In this document: one piece after another, positions 13,345 through 26,340 of the stretch
Layout: each line of letters opens with the position of its first letter
Numbering within the stretch: the first letter of the stretch is position 1
DNA from: Eledone cirrhosa
Taxonomy: Eukaryota
Length of the DNA: 64,000 bases
Assembly: GCA_964016885.1 (NCBI GenBank)
Contig: OZ024743.1
Coordinates: 21,328,001 to 21,392,000, forward strand
Direction of reading: 5' to 3'
Position numbers and translations under genes: made by a program
The notes under the pieces: generated by a model
The model's input: the letters and a program-made list of their open reading frames with translations, nothing else
The model's database searches: none
What the model was told of the DNA's origin: nothing

Positions 13345-13637
13345 AATAATAATAATGTAATAATAATGAAATTATTGTGTACAGTGCTCAGGTACACTAC
13401 AACTCATCAAAGGTGCATGTATAGTACATAGAATAATATACAAATGTCAGGCAAATGAACAGTGTACGAGTCATGAAATACATGTGTGCGTGTGTATGGA
13501 GCGGGGACATCAGGTGTAGTGTTAGTGAATCTCAGGAAGCATGGAGGTTTTAAAGGATGCAGTGTCTCGGCAGCTAACAACAGATGCAGGAAGTTTGTTC
13601 CATGCTTCAGCAACTCTGAGCGTGAAAAAATGTTTTA
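13345..13637 (-). mobile_element. CR1-type LINE 3' end with (ATT)n tail
   Basis: Minus strand KHFFTLRVAEAWNKLPASVVSCRDTASFK (CR1 FF..RV...WN.LP motif), then a 3' UTR and ATT repeats. Confidence 0.8.
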
Positions 13638-14089
13638 TTTGTTAACAATTATTTTAAACAAAAATTGACACTGGTATACAAAATTACGGGATGGTCATAG
13701 CTGGAATGGTCTTAATCATAGTTCTGCTCGACCAGAAATGGTCTATGGTTAATCAACAACAATAGACATGTGCCTTTTAATTATCAATTTAAATTACAGT
13801 TTCTAGGGAAGGACACATTAAACTATGGTGTATATCAGAGTTTCAGAAATACTTGCCTCCTTTCATACTGGATCTGCCTAATCAGGAAATACCACGGGCT
13901 AAATGACTACAATAGCAGTAAGGATAATATTCTCTTTACTAAATACATACATGTTAGGGCTTCACATATGTAATAGAGGGAGTTGAAATTTTTCGACAAA
14001 AATGTCCCGTGATTAAAAATAAAAAGCAAGGGAAATAACTCAAATAAGATCAGTACTGGAGTTATCTTCCTTACTAGTGTCACTAATTG

Positions 14090-14460
14090 CTTCTATATTT
14101 GGTACAAGGCCAGCAATTTTTAAGGGCATGGGAAAACGGATTGAATCGACGCAAAGCGTTACTGATGCGTTATTTTATCGAACCCGTAAGGATGAAAGTC
14201 AAAGCTAACCCCAGTGCGATTTGAACTCAGAACGTAAAGTATGTTATCTGCAAATTACCGTATTTCCCGGCGCCGAAGACGCTTCGTCCTCGAGGACGCA
14301 CCCTAATTTTGACAACCCAAAATTTAAAAAAAATAATAAACAACCTTAGGCCTCCAGGATGCATGGTAGATTTTTTAAACATATTTTAGGGGGAAAATGT
14401 AGCATCTTCGACGCCGGGAAATACGGTAGTTATCCGGCGCCCTATCGATACTGCCAATTA
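14090..14460 (-). mobile_element. SINE copy interrupted by a MITE
   Basis: SINE motif ...ggatgaaagtcaaagctaacc...tttgaactcagaacgtaa, split at 14257. Confidence 0.65.
14258..14426. mobile_element. pogo/Tc1-mariner-type MITE
   Basis: TIRs CCGTATTTCCCGGCG(c/t)CGAAGA at both ends; TA target duplication. Confidence 0.85.
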
Positions 14461-15059
14461 ACAACCCTCACCTTGTATCAATAAAATAAATACTAAATAA
14501 TAAAATAATAAAAAAAGAGAAAAAAACCGAAGTAGGAAGAAAAAAGAAGGCGCGAAGGAAGAGGGAAACCTCTTCATCCTTAGCTGGATGGTCCATCTCA
14601 GCTGCCCCCAGTGGACAAAATGGAGAATGTATTGCTGCAGAGAACAACCAACTATACTTTACTTGTATTTTAGATTACTCCATCAGGTGTTAAGAGTCCT
14701 CTAACCTGCTAATGTATATATGTGTGTGTTGTTATTGTTGTTGTCGTGGCTGTTCAGTCTCAGCTCAAGCCTAATCATGGAAACGTATGATTAAATGGAA
14801 TCCAGCCGTGACCATCTTGTCTTTGTTAGCAGAGATCTAGGACTACTTTATCAATGTGCCACTGCAGTATATATAACAGTAGAGTGTGATTATGGAAAAT
14901 TTGTCAGGTATTTCCAAAAAGGCGAGTGACCAGGTAGAGATTCTTTTATCCCCTTGTTGTTGTAATTATTGCTGTTAATGCTTTGTAATATTCCCAACCA
15001 ATGTCCAACGAAGTGATTCCTTAGGATCTCTCTTCTTCACACATGGTATTGGTAATATC

Positions 15060-15900
15060 GCGTGTGTACATCACAATAGTATTCAATGTTAGGTGCTTAA
15101 ACCATGTGACCATAAGAATACTTGCTGATACTATCAGTCGTGACTTCCACTCGGCAATCTCCGCTTTGTCGAGGATAGGCCTCGAGATCAAATCGTTTAA
15201 ATCTGAAGTTATGAATGTTAGCTACAGCACAAAGAGATTCGAGTCCTGCATCACGAACATGCGATCGACACTTCAGCAGGTGACCCCGGAGGTAAGAATT
15301 CCTCATTTTTGATTCACCGATCCTACTGCCTTCTGTTCAATTGACCCTCAGATCCAAGCTCTACCAGTTCGAAATACTCGTAAGCCGACTGCTTCTGATT
15401 AATGTTCATCCATCCTTCTTGAAAAACTGATTCACCATGCCGAAGCAGCTGTACGACTTCCCCAACAACCCCTGTTGCAACCAAGTCTCTTGCCAATATA
15501 TCCAGCTGGGCAGCGGTTGTCTCTGTACTGGTGTTTCCCTTTCGCTTGGTCTCCGAATCTGCGAGCAGCGCAAATACTGCCGCGGCTCGACACTGGATGT
15601 TTTTTATACTCCACCTATTGTCTTGCCGCTTCATATTCCACCACTTCAACGAAATGGTTAAACGTAACTTAGACACGCCTGACTTCTCATTGTAGCTGGA
15701 AACAGCAAAAAGCCGGATGACATCAGAATCTTCTTGTGGTAAGCCCCTTATCTGGTATGCGACCTGTGGGGAAAACAGCACTAGACCCAGACTCTGTTGC
15801 CCGACAAGCTGAATGTCGGCTGCTAACAAAGTACCGGACCTCTCTGGTATGTTTCTCATCGAACCTGTAGTGTTGGAGAAAATCTTGTATCCTGAGATTC
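15060..15900 (+). mobile_element. Decayed CRE-clade LINE (RT end, Zn knuckle, RLE)
   Basis: Frame-broken motifs IGLEIKSFKSE, SLGLRICEQRKYCRG, HHFNEMVKRNL, KKPDD, GKPLIWYATC, IEPVVLE. Confidence 0.65.
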
Positions 15901-17126
15901 CGAATCGAGATAGAGATGAACATCTGCAAGAACATGTCTTAGAAATTAGACTAACTCACTCAGTGTATTTCCCTTGTCATTATCCAGTATAAGGTATTTG
16001 CTAGCCTGCCTTAAACCATGAAGCAACAACAATAAAATAGATAATTTTATATGATATCCAATAAGTTTAAGTAGCTTGTAGCCTACATTGGTGGAGATGA
16101 ATATCCTAGAATTACTTCTTCTAGTTCTAATTGTAGCTGGTAGCGCCATTGGTGTCATGGTCTGTTGCTCGTATAATGTTTCCATTCCACCCTTTTTTTC
16201 TTCTCTTTCGCTGACCTATTTTTCTTCACAATTGTCAAAGATCAACCGACCATAAACAAGATCTTTCAGTGAATAAAGGCTACGAATAGTTTTAGCTGCT
16301 TTATGGTTGTTCTTGTTTTTCACCGTTTTATTATTTTATATATTTACGCTTCTTTTTGCCTCCTCTTTCTTTTACCTTTCCTGTATCTCTGTCTGTCTCG
16401 TTTTAGTTTCTTATTTGAAAGGAGTCATTAGATACCTCTCTTTGTCATCGTTTACAAGCCGCATAAGAACGTTTACATTGATTAAATAAATTCTCGTTTT
16501 TACTTTAACATTTCTCACGATTAGGATTTCACACATGTTGCTGTCGTTGTTGTTGCTGCTGTTGTTATTGTCACTGTTACTGTTCGAGTTGTTGCGGTCG
16601 TTATATTTTGCTGTTATTTTTGGTGCTGTTCTTGTTGTTATTGCTGTTGGTGTTGTTGTTGTTGTTTTTACCCTTGTTGTTATTGCTGTCGCTGTTGTAG
16701 TTGTTGCTGTTGTTTTTGCTGTCATTGTCCTTGTTCCTTGTGTTGTTGTCGTTGGTGTTGTTGTTGCTGTTGTTGTTTCTGTCGTTGGGTTTATATAGAT
16801 TTGTTTTTTCTTTTCTTTTTTCCTTAAAGCCTCTTGGAATGTGTTTACCATCATTCCGTTGGTATACATGGATTAGGTAATTTACACCTGAAGATATCAC
16901 CTGGTTCTTACGCAACCTGGCCACTGAAATGTACTTAGTGTTTGCAGAAATAAATAATTAAGGAAATTCTACTTGTTTGGCCTACTACTTTATAATATAT
17001 TTGACTCCATTCCCGCACCACCAGCATGATTCAACATCAAAGATGGGTGAGTCGCATACGTCGAGTGCATTTCTCATATTACGTCAATTTAGTGGTCTAG
17101 TTAATAGTAGACCAGTAAATTTAAAC

Positions 17127-17189
<63 letters not shown>

Positions 17190-17261
17190 GTTCCTGATTA
17201 TTACTGGAATTATATAAGAATCCAGCCTCTATAATTTTCGGCAGAGGTCGGCGAGTACGTT

Positions 17262-17299
17262 GCTCTGAGGATCACCAACAGTGTGAAACAGATGTCAGC
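17262..17299 (+). ncRNA. Minimal type-I hammerhead ribozyme in a short TA-flanked element (17187-17430)
   Basis: GCU-CUGAGGA-uCAC caaca GUGu-GAAA-CAgaUG-UC/AGC. Homologue at 61095-61139. Confidence 0.75.
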
Positions 17300-17425
17300 T
17301 TCTCTCCCTTCCTTTGCTGAAAAAAGAAGTAAGTGACATAGTCACTACTTTAAAATAATAGCGTAAGGTCTTCAAAATGTTTTTAATTAAACATACAGTA
17401 TATTACCAAATATACTATACATACA

Positions 17426-17493
<68 letters not shown>

Positions 17494-17613
17494 TAACAGA
17501 TTAAAGTGTAAGCAAAGATTCGCTACTTTCACCCTTAACGAGATCTTCTGAAACTCTTAAATCCTTATCGAGCCCTCTTCGGATTTTAGTCTTCACATTT
17601 ATTATTATTATTA

Positions 17614-17675
<62 letters not shown>

Positions 17676-17992
17676 GAGAGGTATAGAGATTGTTTTAGCA
17701 AGAAGCTAACGGCATTCTATAACATATATGCGACTATAACGTCAAGATGGGAAAAGTAGTTAACGAAAGATTTAGGAAAAATAACTCAAACTCATCTCAA
17801 AAGAGAATCAGGATATAAATTCATCCACAGAATTTAGTAAAATCCAGGGAAAAATCTATAGACCTTTAACTCATGATAAAATAAAGTTTGAAACACTTAT
17901 CCTTCAATTTGGAATAACATCAAATGCTCTGTATAGTCTTAAAAGACTATTTCATGAAAACTTTCAGTGGAGATGGTCACGGTTGGATTTCA

Positions 17993-18042
<50 letters not shown>

Positions 18043-18048
18043 TGAGAG

Positions 18049-18084
<36 letters not shown>

Positions 18085-18269
18085 AGAGAGAGAGAGTTGA
18101 TAGGGGAAGCCAATAAGAGTGAATAATCTCCGCTATTGGAATTCACCTGAACGATATAACCCCATGAAATCATTTTTGAAGTTGTACGCCAAATTATCAT
18201 GTTTTAATATTTGTGTGTGCGTGCGTGTGGGTGCATGTTTTTGTGTGTGTGTATGTGTACGAATACCGA

Positions 18270-18530
18270 ATTGAAGTTAGCGTCTTTGTTGCCGTGTAGC
18301 ACTCGGCAGCAAACCTATCATGTACACGTCGGAGGTCAGCTTCCGACGAGTTAAGTACCATGTCATCCACAAATTCCAGTCGACTGATCCTACTATACCC
18401 GCCAGTCTTGATACAGCTTCCAACCCGGCTGCACATATCAATCCTGTTCATGAAAATTATGACAAGGACAGTACGCACCCTTGGCAGAATACAATACCCA
18501 CATTGAATGGTTTAGTGCACCATTTATAAA
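18270..18530 (-). mobile_element. Decayed RTE-type RT fragment
   Basis: LVIIFMNRID...LEFVDDMVLNSSEADLRRVHDRFAAEC (FADD motif region). Confidence 0.6.
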
Positions 18531-18554
18531 ATGTTTGCAATAAATAAAGGTTTC

Positions 18555-18742
18555 TCATTTAGGCACAAGACCAACAATATTTGGAGGAGGGGAGAGTAGA
18601 TTAAAACGACCCCACTGCATTACTGGTGCTTTATTTTATCGACTCCGTGGCGGGATTTGAACTCAGAACGTGAAGGACCGTAACGCTGTACCACGAAGCA
18701 TGGTGTCTGACGCTCTACTGTTACTGGTAGTCCACTGCCCTA
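18555..18742 (-). mobile_element. SINE copy
   Basis: ttaggcacaagacc...actggtgctttattttatcgac...gggatttgaactcagaacg. Confidence 0.7.
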
Positions 18743-19719
18743 TGTTTGCAATAAATGATAAAAAGAAAGTTAGATAGCGAAAATAAGGGAAAAGGAGAGT
18801 GGGCGGCAGATACTACACACTAGTATAGGCAGAATATTTCAACTGCGCCTCACGGACAAATTGAGATGGCATTACCGCTACATCAGCCAGTCCACCCCAC
18901 AAGGCTCCTTCCTCAAGAAGGTTGCATTTATCCCAATTTTGTGGATTAAAAACAGCAGGTTGGGGACCGAGAAACAAAGGATTTTCACTGCGATCGGCAC
19001 AAAAGAGAAGTGGTCTGTCAAGTCTCCGTGTTTTGTTATATTCTCCTCTGTATTACGGGCGGCAATGATCGTGTTTGTGGACGATTAACTTAGTATTTTG
19101 GAATATACTAATCTATCTATATTAATACGCTAATACCTACGTACCGTACGTCCGACTGCTTTCAGTAATATAAATAAAAATCGAATGACGTCCGTGAGAC
19201 ATGCTAAAACAATGGAAGTGAGTGGTAAACAATCTACGAAAATCTACGGCGAAAGAAAATCAAAGAGCGTTGCAATGTTTGGAAAGGAGAGAGAGAGGGG
19301 GTTATAATATATTTAGAGAGAGAGGGTTATAATATAGAGAGAAGGGTTTATAATATATATATATAATATATGAATAATAATAAATGAATGAATATATATA
19401 GGAGCAATTTATTACCATATGCGAAACTCGATATATTAACCCCTGAGGAAAGAGTACAGAGTATAATTTTTTTTAAATTATATATATATATATGAGAGTA
19501 TTGAAGTTTGCTTGATATTCAAAACAACAAACAGCGGAGGACGCGTTTCGCACCTTTCCGACAGACAACCTTTCCCCCACCCCGGAAAAAAACCCCAGTT
19601 GATGGATGTGAATCCGAAATATATAGGGACAATTAAATCTCTCCCAAGGTAACTCTCTCTCGTGTTCTTATTTTTATTTTATCCTTTATACTTTTTCCTT
19701 CATTCTTCTAAACGTCTTA

Positions 19720-20522
19720 TACACACCACGCATCTCAACGTACACCCACTTACATCTCTCAGTATCCATGATGGCTTTTTTTAATCTGTCCACGCTGACA
19801 GAATTCTGTTTACCATCTAGATCGAGAATAAAATATTTCGGATATTTTTTTAGAATACGGTAACGGCCAGAATATGGAGGTCGAAGATGAGCTGAGATGG
19901 TGTCGTTTCGAACGAAAACGTGTGTCCAATCTTTAATGTCTGAAGATACGTGTGTGGCCGTGTTCTGTTGACGGGTGCTTGCAGGAGCAAGGTGAGACAT
20001 ATATTGTCGAACCTCCTGAGGAGAGATGGGAGCAACCATCTGACCAGGTAGAACCAGGGTGGTGCCGTACACTAATTCTGCAGGTGTGTGTCCGAATTCC
20101 TCCTTAACGGTGGATCGAATGTCCAGAAGGATGAGTGGCAGGTATTCAAACCAGTGGGTCTTGTCTGGATATGCTTTTATTGCAGCTTTCAATTGGCGAT
20201 GGAATCTTTCCACGAGACCATTAGCTTTCGGGTGATAAGCTGTTGTGCGGATGTGTCTACATCCTAACAGGCGAGTCAGTTCCCTGAAGAGATGGGAGTC
20301 AAATTGGCGTCCTCTGTCCGTTGTTATCTTCGCTGGGGCGCCATAACGTGATACCCAGTGTAAAACCAAAGTTTTAGCGACTGTTTCCGCTGAGGTATCA
20401 TTTATGGAAAAAGCCTCAGGCCAACGGGAAAATCGATCTATGCAGGTGAGCAAGTGTGTGTAGTTCTATGATGGTGGTAGAGGTCCGACGATGTCGATAT
20501 GCACATGATGAAAGCGTGCATA
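19720..20522 (-). pseudogene. Ty3/Gypsy integrase (rve) fragment
   Basis: [34 protein letters not shown]...TTDRGRQF...[23 protein letters not shown], plus a GPY/F-like LRPPYSGRY motif; one stop codon. Confidence 0.9.
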
Positions 20523-21806
20523 TCGGAAGATGTCACCGCAGTGGTATCGAACGCCAAACACATCGAGGCGATCGGCACTACACTAAGAGAATACGAAGCG
20601 GTGACAGGAGCAATGATCAACCAGGAAAAGTCAGTGGGCCTGCAGCTCGGCACCTGGAGACGCAGATCCATGCCGTCCAACAGCGTCGTCGGGCGCTGGA
20701 CGGACGGACCGGTTAAATTGCTAGGAGTCTGGTTCGGTCCGGACCTGCAGACGGACAAAAACTGGGACGAGGTGACGAGCAGGGTGGCTTCTCTCACCCA
20801 GTCCTGGGTCAAGCGAAGACCGAGAGGGAGCGCTTGGAAACTGGAATGTCTTCAGGCGCTCACAGCCCTCGACCAATCGGGCAATGTGATCGTTGGAAAC
20901 TCCACCTTGGCGTTCTATAGAGGATTAATGGAGGGGAAGAGCGACGCCGTACCTGGGGAAACTATAGGCGTCGACGAAAATCCACTAGCCAATCTCTTCG
21001 GAAGAACTTTCGGGCCGGAACCTATGGACAATTTCCAGAAATCCCTGGCTTGGCAGTACTACCGAGGAGCTTTGCCTGTTCGGGATAAACTCTACAGGCA
21101 TGGAGGTGCCGTCAGGCGGGGATGTCCGAGATGCGTGCAGGGCGACGAAACCGTCCTGCACGCACTCGTCCAGTGTCCGAGCATTGCTGACTTGTGGGTT
21201 TATGTCGAACACCTGCTGTCGCGTGTAGGACGGATCCAGCTATCAGCTGAGTCCATCGTGAGGATTGCCCCGCCCTCTTCCTTTAGCTGGGAAGGGCAGG
21301 CAGTTTTTATCTGTCTGGTGGCCATGGCGAAAGAGATAGTATGGTGGACACGTTTGAAAGGGCTGAAGACGAGCACTTACCTCTTCGGTGATGCCCTGAT
21401 TAACTTTTTCAAATTTCATTTGAAAAGGAAAATCAGGGTAGATAGGGTAGTGCTCTCTTCCCAGCATTTTGTTGAAAGATGGGTGAGAGAGACAAGAATG
21501 GCCCGAGTGAATGGCTCTGAGTATGTGTCTGTAAATTAAAGGTGGAAAACTGGGAGATGGCACTTGCCCTGGTGGTCAGGGTCACTGTGGCTTTTTAATG
21601 GGCTTTCTCCACGAATGTCCCTCGGAAGTCTCCCCCGTATTGGGGAATTTTTCATTGTTATTGTTTTGTTACATCCTCTGTTTTTGTTTTTTACACGCAG
21701 AAATGCCCATTTGTACCGTCCTGTATTGTCCTGTACTGTCCTTAATGTCTACTTTATGTAAACTCTTGTGGTTAATAAAGAAATCATTATTATTATTATT
21801 ATTATT
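20523..21806 (+). mobile_element. 5'-truncated, internally deleted Tx1/L1-clade LINE with (ATT)n tail
   Basis: RT end (INQEKSVGL, KLLGVWFG), zf-RVT CPRC...ETVLHALVQC, 3' UTR, AATAAA, (att)n. Confidence 0.85.
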
Positions 21807-22956
21807 GAGTCTGAACGGACGTCTTTTTGCTCACTCCCGTAAGTTCACTTATTTACCTATCAAAACTATTTTTTGAATTGTTGTTGTTGTGTAAGGCATA
21901 TACGCTCTTGGACTTTGCCCTGTGAAGGGGAAAGAATAATATTTGGGCCTTTTGGCCCAAATATTTGAACTTTTTTTACATTTTAAAAAATTTACGAAGA
22001 AAAAAAACCAAAAAAACACATGGCTGAGCCACGCCCCCCAGCAATATGTCTGCTGTCGTGCGACAATGACGTACAAGTTGAGAGGGGCGCTACAGCGAAA
22101 TTAACACAAATTGATAACACAAACACCACCACAAACAATGTAAACAAAGACACTAATGATACCAATGAGAACAATAATTTTGAAAAAAATGACAGTAAAA
22201 GCGACAACGAAAATACAGATAACAAAAGAAAAATGACAAATGTAACAACAATATCAACACCACTAACATGAAAACAAATAGCGACAACACCAACAGCAAC
22301 AATACCAACTGCACCGAGAACAACGGCGGCACCAAAGACAATAATGATAACAGCGACAGTGATAACAACAATACCAACAAGAACAACTACAACGACAACA
22401 ACACCCTCAACGAAAACAAGAAGAACACTTTCGCTGCGGCAGCATCAAAAAAGAGGCCATGCTTCAACATGGACCTCTCAAACAAAGATGAACAGTTGGC
22501 CCAGGCATGGAAGCTCATCAAGCAAGAGCAAACCTGGGCCAACTTAACTGTCCCGGTAGAAGCTATTGAGGCAGTGGAGCGCAGAACGGTGCATTATAGA
22601 TGCATCTCAGCACAAACCAAAAGGGCAGCTTTAATCCCACAAGCAAATATCGAAGTCGCGCTGAGATGCATCAGAGAAAACACCTCGTACATAGCGAGGG
22701 GCAGACAGTACGGCACCATTTCGGTGTTGTTCAAGTCAGAAGCCCTCGCTATGAAACAAGCTAGGACTCCTTGCAAAACCAGCAAGGTCATAATATACCC
22801 CTCCCACATGGGAAAAAGAACGGCCCGTCTCCGCATATATATACTTCTACAACTATATCAACACATATACTACATGGGGAAGAACAACAGCTACTACTAC
22901 CACTACTACTACCACTACTACTACTACTATTGCTGTTGCTGCTGCTGCTACTGCTG

Positions 22957-23000
<44 letters not shown>

Positions 23001-23043
23001 GCTACTTCTGCTGCTACTGCTGCTGCTTCTGCTGCTGCTGCTG

Positions 23044-23098
<55 letters not shown>

Positions 23099-23103
23099 CA
23101 CTA

Positions 23104-23166
<63 letters not shown>

Positions 23167-25073
23167 GTGACGCTGATAAGGAAAGACGATAACAAGAGTG
23201 ACACATTAGACAATTTCAGGCCCATATCTCTGCTCAACACAGAGTTTAAGATTTTGGCCTGGGTGTTAGCGAAGTGGTTGGCGCTTGTCGTCGGGGATTT
23301 GGCTGGGGAGGCGCAAACTTGCACAATCCCAACCAGGTCCATACACGACAACCTCCACCTAATGTGATACATCATAGAGAGGGTAGGGTGTAAACCTGGC
23401 TTCGGTGGGGCTCTGATCAATTTAAATCAATCGAAAGCATTCAATAGGGTCGACCATCGGTACCTGGAGGCTGTCCTCAAGGCGGCTGGCTTCGGCCCCG
23501 TCTTCAGAAGCTGGATCGCTGCAATGCACAGCGGCACATGCTCGGTGGTCAAAATTAATGGCCACCTCTCGGAACCGTTTCAGGTCTCCCGATCGGTCCG
23601 TCAAGGGTGTCCTCTCTCCTCCCTTCTGTACGTATTGACTCTCGAGCCTTTACTGCGGAAGCTGGAGCTGTTGCAGGGCATCCCGCTCGAACCGGGACGC
23701 GGAAAGGCTGTGTCGGCTTATGCGGACGACATCACCGTGATGGTGTCGGACACCTCAGAAATCGAGGTGGTCGGCAACTTATTGGAGGAATATCAAAGGT
23801 TGACGGGAGCAAAACTTAACCCGGAAAAGTCGGTGGGCTTGCAAATCGGCACCTGGAGAGGCAAGTCCATGCCGTCCAACAGCCTCGTTAGGCGCTGGAC
23901 GACGGACCGGTAAAGTTGCTCGGGGTTTGGTTCGAGCCAGAACTCCAGGTAGATAAGAATTGGGACGAGGTGACGGGCAGGCTAGCCAGTCTCACCCAGA
24001 AATGAGCTGGGATGAAGCTATCACTGAAAGGTCGGGCGGAGGTGGCGAACGTGTACATCGCGTCCGTCATCTACTACCGTCTAACCGTCGTCCCTTGCCC
24101 CCGTTCTTGCCTCGCCATCTTGGAGCGGCTCCTCTTCAAATTCTTGTGGAGGGGTCAGGTTCCGCTGGTGAGGCGGTCCATCTGCTGCCAGCACCCTCTA
24201 CGTGGAGGGCTGGGCATGCCGTAGCTAATGATGCGTAGGCACGCGCTGAGGCTGCGGCATCTCCAGATATTCTGCCTAAACGGTGAACAGGTGTGGTCGC
24301 CGTTTGTCAGACGGGCCTTTCCGCAGCTCGTTTCTTTGACTGAGTTGCAGTCCTGGGTCAAGAAGAGACCGAGACTGGAGCACTGCCGGTTCGAGATAAA
24401 CTCTACAGGCACGGAAGTGCTGTCAGAAGGACCTGCCCGAGATGCGCGCAGAGCGACGAAACCGTTCTGCACGCACTCGTCCAGTGTCCGTGCATTACTG
24501 ACCTGTGGAGTTATGTTGAACAGCTGTTGTCGCGTGTAGAACGGATCCGGCTATCGGCCAAGTCCATAGTGAAGATCGACCAGGAAATTTTCCTGTCTGG
24601 TGGCAGTAGCGAAAGAGGTTGTATGGTGGACGAGGTTGAAAGGACTGAAGACAGGCACTTTTCTCTTCGGCCAATCCCTCATCAACTTTTTCAAGTTTCA
24701 CTTGGAAAGGAAAGTTAGGGTAGAGAGAGAAGTGCTGCCCTCCGGTACATTTGCTGAAAGGTGGGTGAATGTGGCGAGAATGGCCCGTGTGAGTGGGCCT
24801 ACTCTGGTCATGCGGCTGTAGGTAGGTAAATTTGAGGAGGAGGGGGGTGCCCTTCCAGAGTGCTCTCGAAGCGTCAGGTCGTTCAGGATTGGTGGGGTAC
24901 CTGAGCGAACCCTGGGTGGTCATACCCCCTATTGGGGAATTTTTTCTTGTTGTAATTTTATTGTTACTTTGTTATTATTATTTATATTGTTTACTCGATT
25001 TTTCTGTAAAACCCCACTGTCCCAGTCTTTTGTATTGTCCCCTATATGTCGGCCCTTGTGGCCAATAAATGAA

Positions 25074-25105
<32 letters not shown>
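21807..25105 (+). mobile_element. Decayed Tx1/L1-clade LINE: 5' UTR, ORF1 remnant, ORF2 RT and Zn finger; middle replaced by a triplet microsatellite
   Basis: ORF1-like region 22020-22835; (CTA/CTG)n 22890-23167; RT motifs NFRPISLLNTEFKIL, KAFNRVDH, SVRQGCPLS, AYADDIT; stops and frameshifts; (att)n tail. Confidence 0.85.
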
Positions 25106-25295
25106 CACTATTTGTACAAATATGCAACTTAACAATATTCTGCATATCTGCAATTGACAATGCATATAATGCTGAAACCGGTATTGTAAACAAATTAATG
25201 TTTTGATATTTCACTGAAAAAAATCTCTTCAACATTTTCTACTGAAAAAATCTTTTTCCTTTCTACTATTTGTTTATATATATCTATATATCTAT

Positions 25296-26308
25296 CTAAG
25301 GCGGGTAAAATTCCCGAGATCCATGGACGAGTTCTCTCCAGCGGTCTCTGTCCCTCATTATCGCTGCCATGTCCTGTATCTCCAACAGACCAGTGTCTGT
25401 CCTTAGGGCATCAACATACGTTAACCTTGGTCTTCCTCTTCTAGTGTGTCCATGTAGGGGCTCCCAAAGGAGTACTGAGTGCAATGTCAACTCTGGATGT
25501 CGGTGAGCATGTCCAGCTAACCTCAGTCTCCTCTGTGTCACTTTTGAGCTGACTTTTGGGATGCTCCCATACAGCTCTGAGTTTTTCATCCTCAGTGTAT
25601 ACTGATTAATGTTCAGAGCCATCCTCAGCATTCTCGTGTAGCACCCATCCACCATCTGAGTGAGTTTCTTGGTCAGTGTCCAAGTCTCAGACCCATACAG
25701 CAGCACAGACTCCACTACAGCAATGAAGAGGTGGAGTTTCAGGTCTCTACGAAGGTCCGACTTCCACACCGATCTCAAGCTGTGGCACGCCGCCCAGGCC
25801 TTTCTCTTCCCCTCAACCACATCATCTTCCGTATTCCCAATCTTTGCTCCCAAATACAGGAAGTCCTCAACCAATTCCAGCGGCTTCCCGCCTACATTAG
25901 TGATCCCCTCTGGCTTCTCAACATTCTCTATCAGAGAAGATAATGGACCTGATATCACTGCTCTACACCAACACCAAAGCCCAAGTCATTACACCTGATG
26001 GGATGACAGAGTTCTTTGAGATACTGGCTGGAGTGCTCCAGGGAGATACATTGGCTCCCTACCTTTTTATCATCGTAGTGGACTATTGTATGCGCCTTGC
26101 ACTGGAGAAACACCAGGACTCTGGCTTTACTGTAGCACCGGCTCAGAGCAGGAGAGTTAGGGCGAAAAAGGTATCGGATGCTGAATTTGCCGACGACATA
26201 GTTTTGGTGACAAATACAGTGAAGGAGGCAGAGGATTTGATGCGGGAGGTTGAGACTGTGTCGATGAGTGTGGGGCTGAGAATGAATGAGACTAAAACAA
26301 AATATCTG

Positions 26309-26311
<3 letters not shown>
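25296..26311 (-). mobile_element. RTE-type LINE with an inverted 5' segment, in (TA)n
   Basis: Minus 25296-25940 encodes LIENVEK...YLG..LLYGSETW..RRLRLAGH. Plus 25943-26311 encodes the upstream RT (GVLQGDTLAPYLF, FADD, KTKYLI). Confidence 0.9.

Positions 26312-26340
<29 letters not shown>

Noticed and set aside
15946-16924. Host gene exon or N/T-rich protein
   Set aside because: Low-complexity (TTG)n sequence with no recognisable domain; at most a decayed LINE ORF1 remnant.
17500-17612. Possible hammerhead in the agtaataataa...ccgaagagggctc family (also 1120, 6010-6205, 62278)
   Set aside because: CCGAAGA/CAGAAGA and GAAA are present, but I could not form consistent stems I and III. Kept only as a TA-associated repeat.
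19535-19560. Hammerhead on the minus strand (GAAA-CGCG-UC)
   Set aside because: Only the 3' half is present; no matching CUGAnGA or stem I was found.
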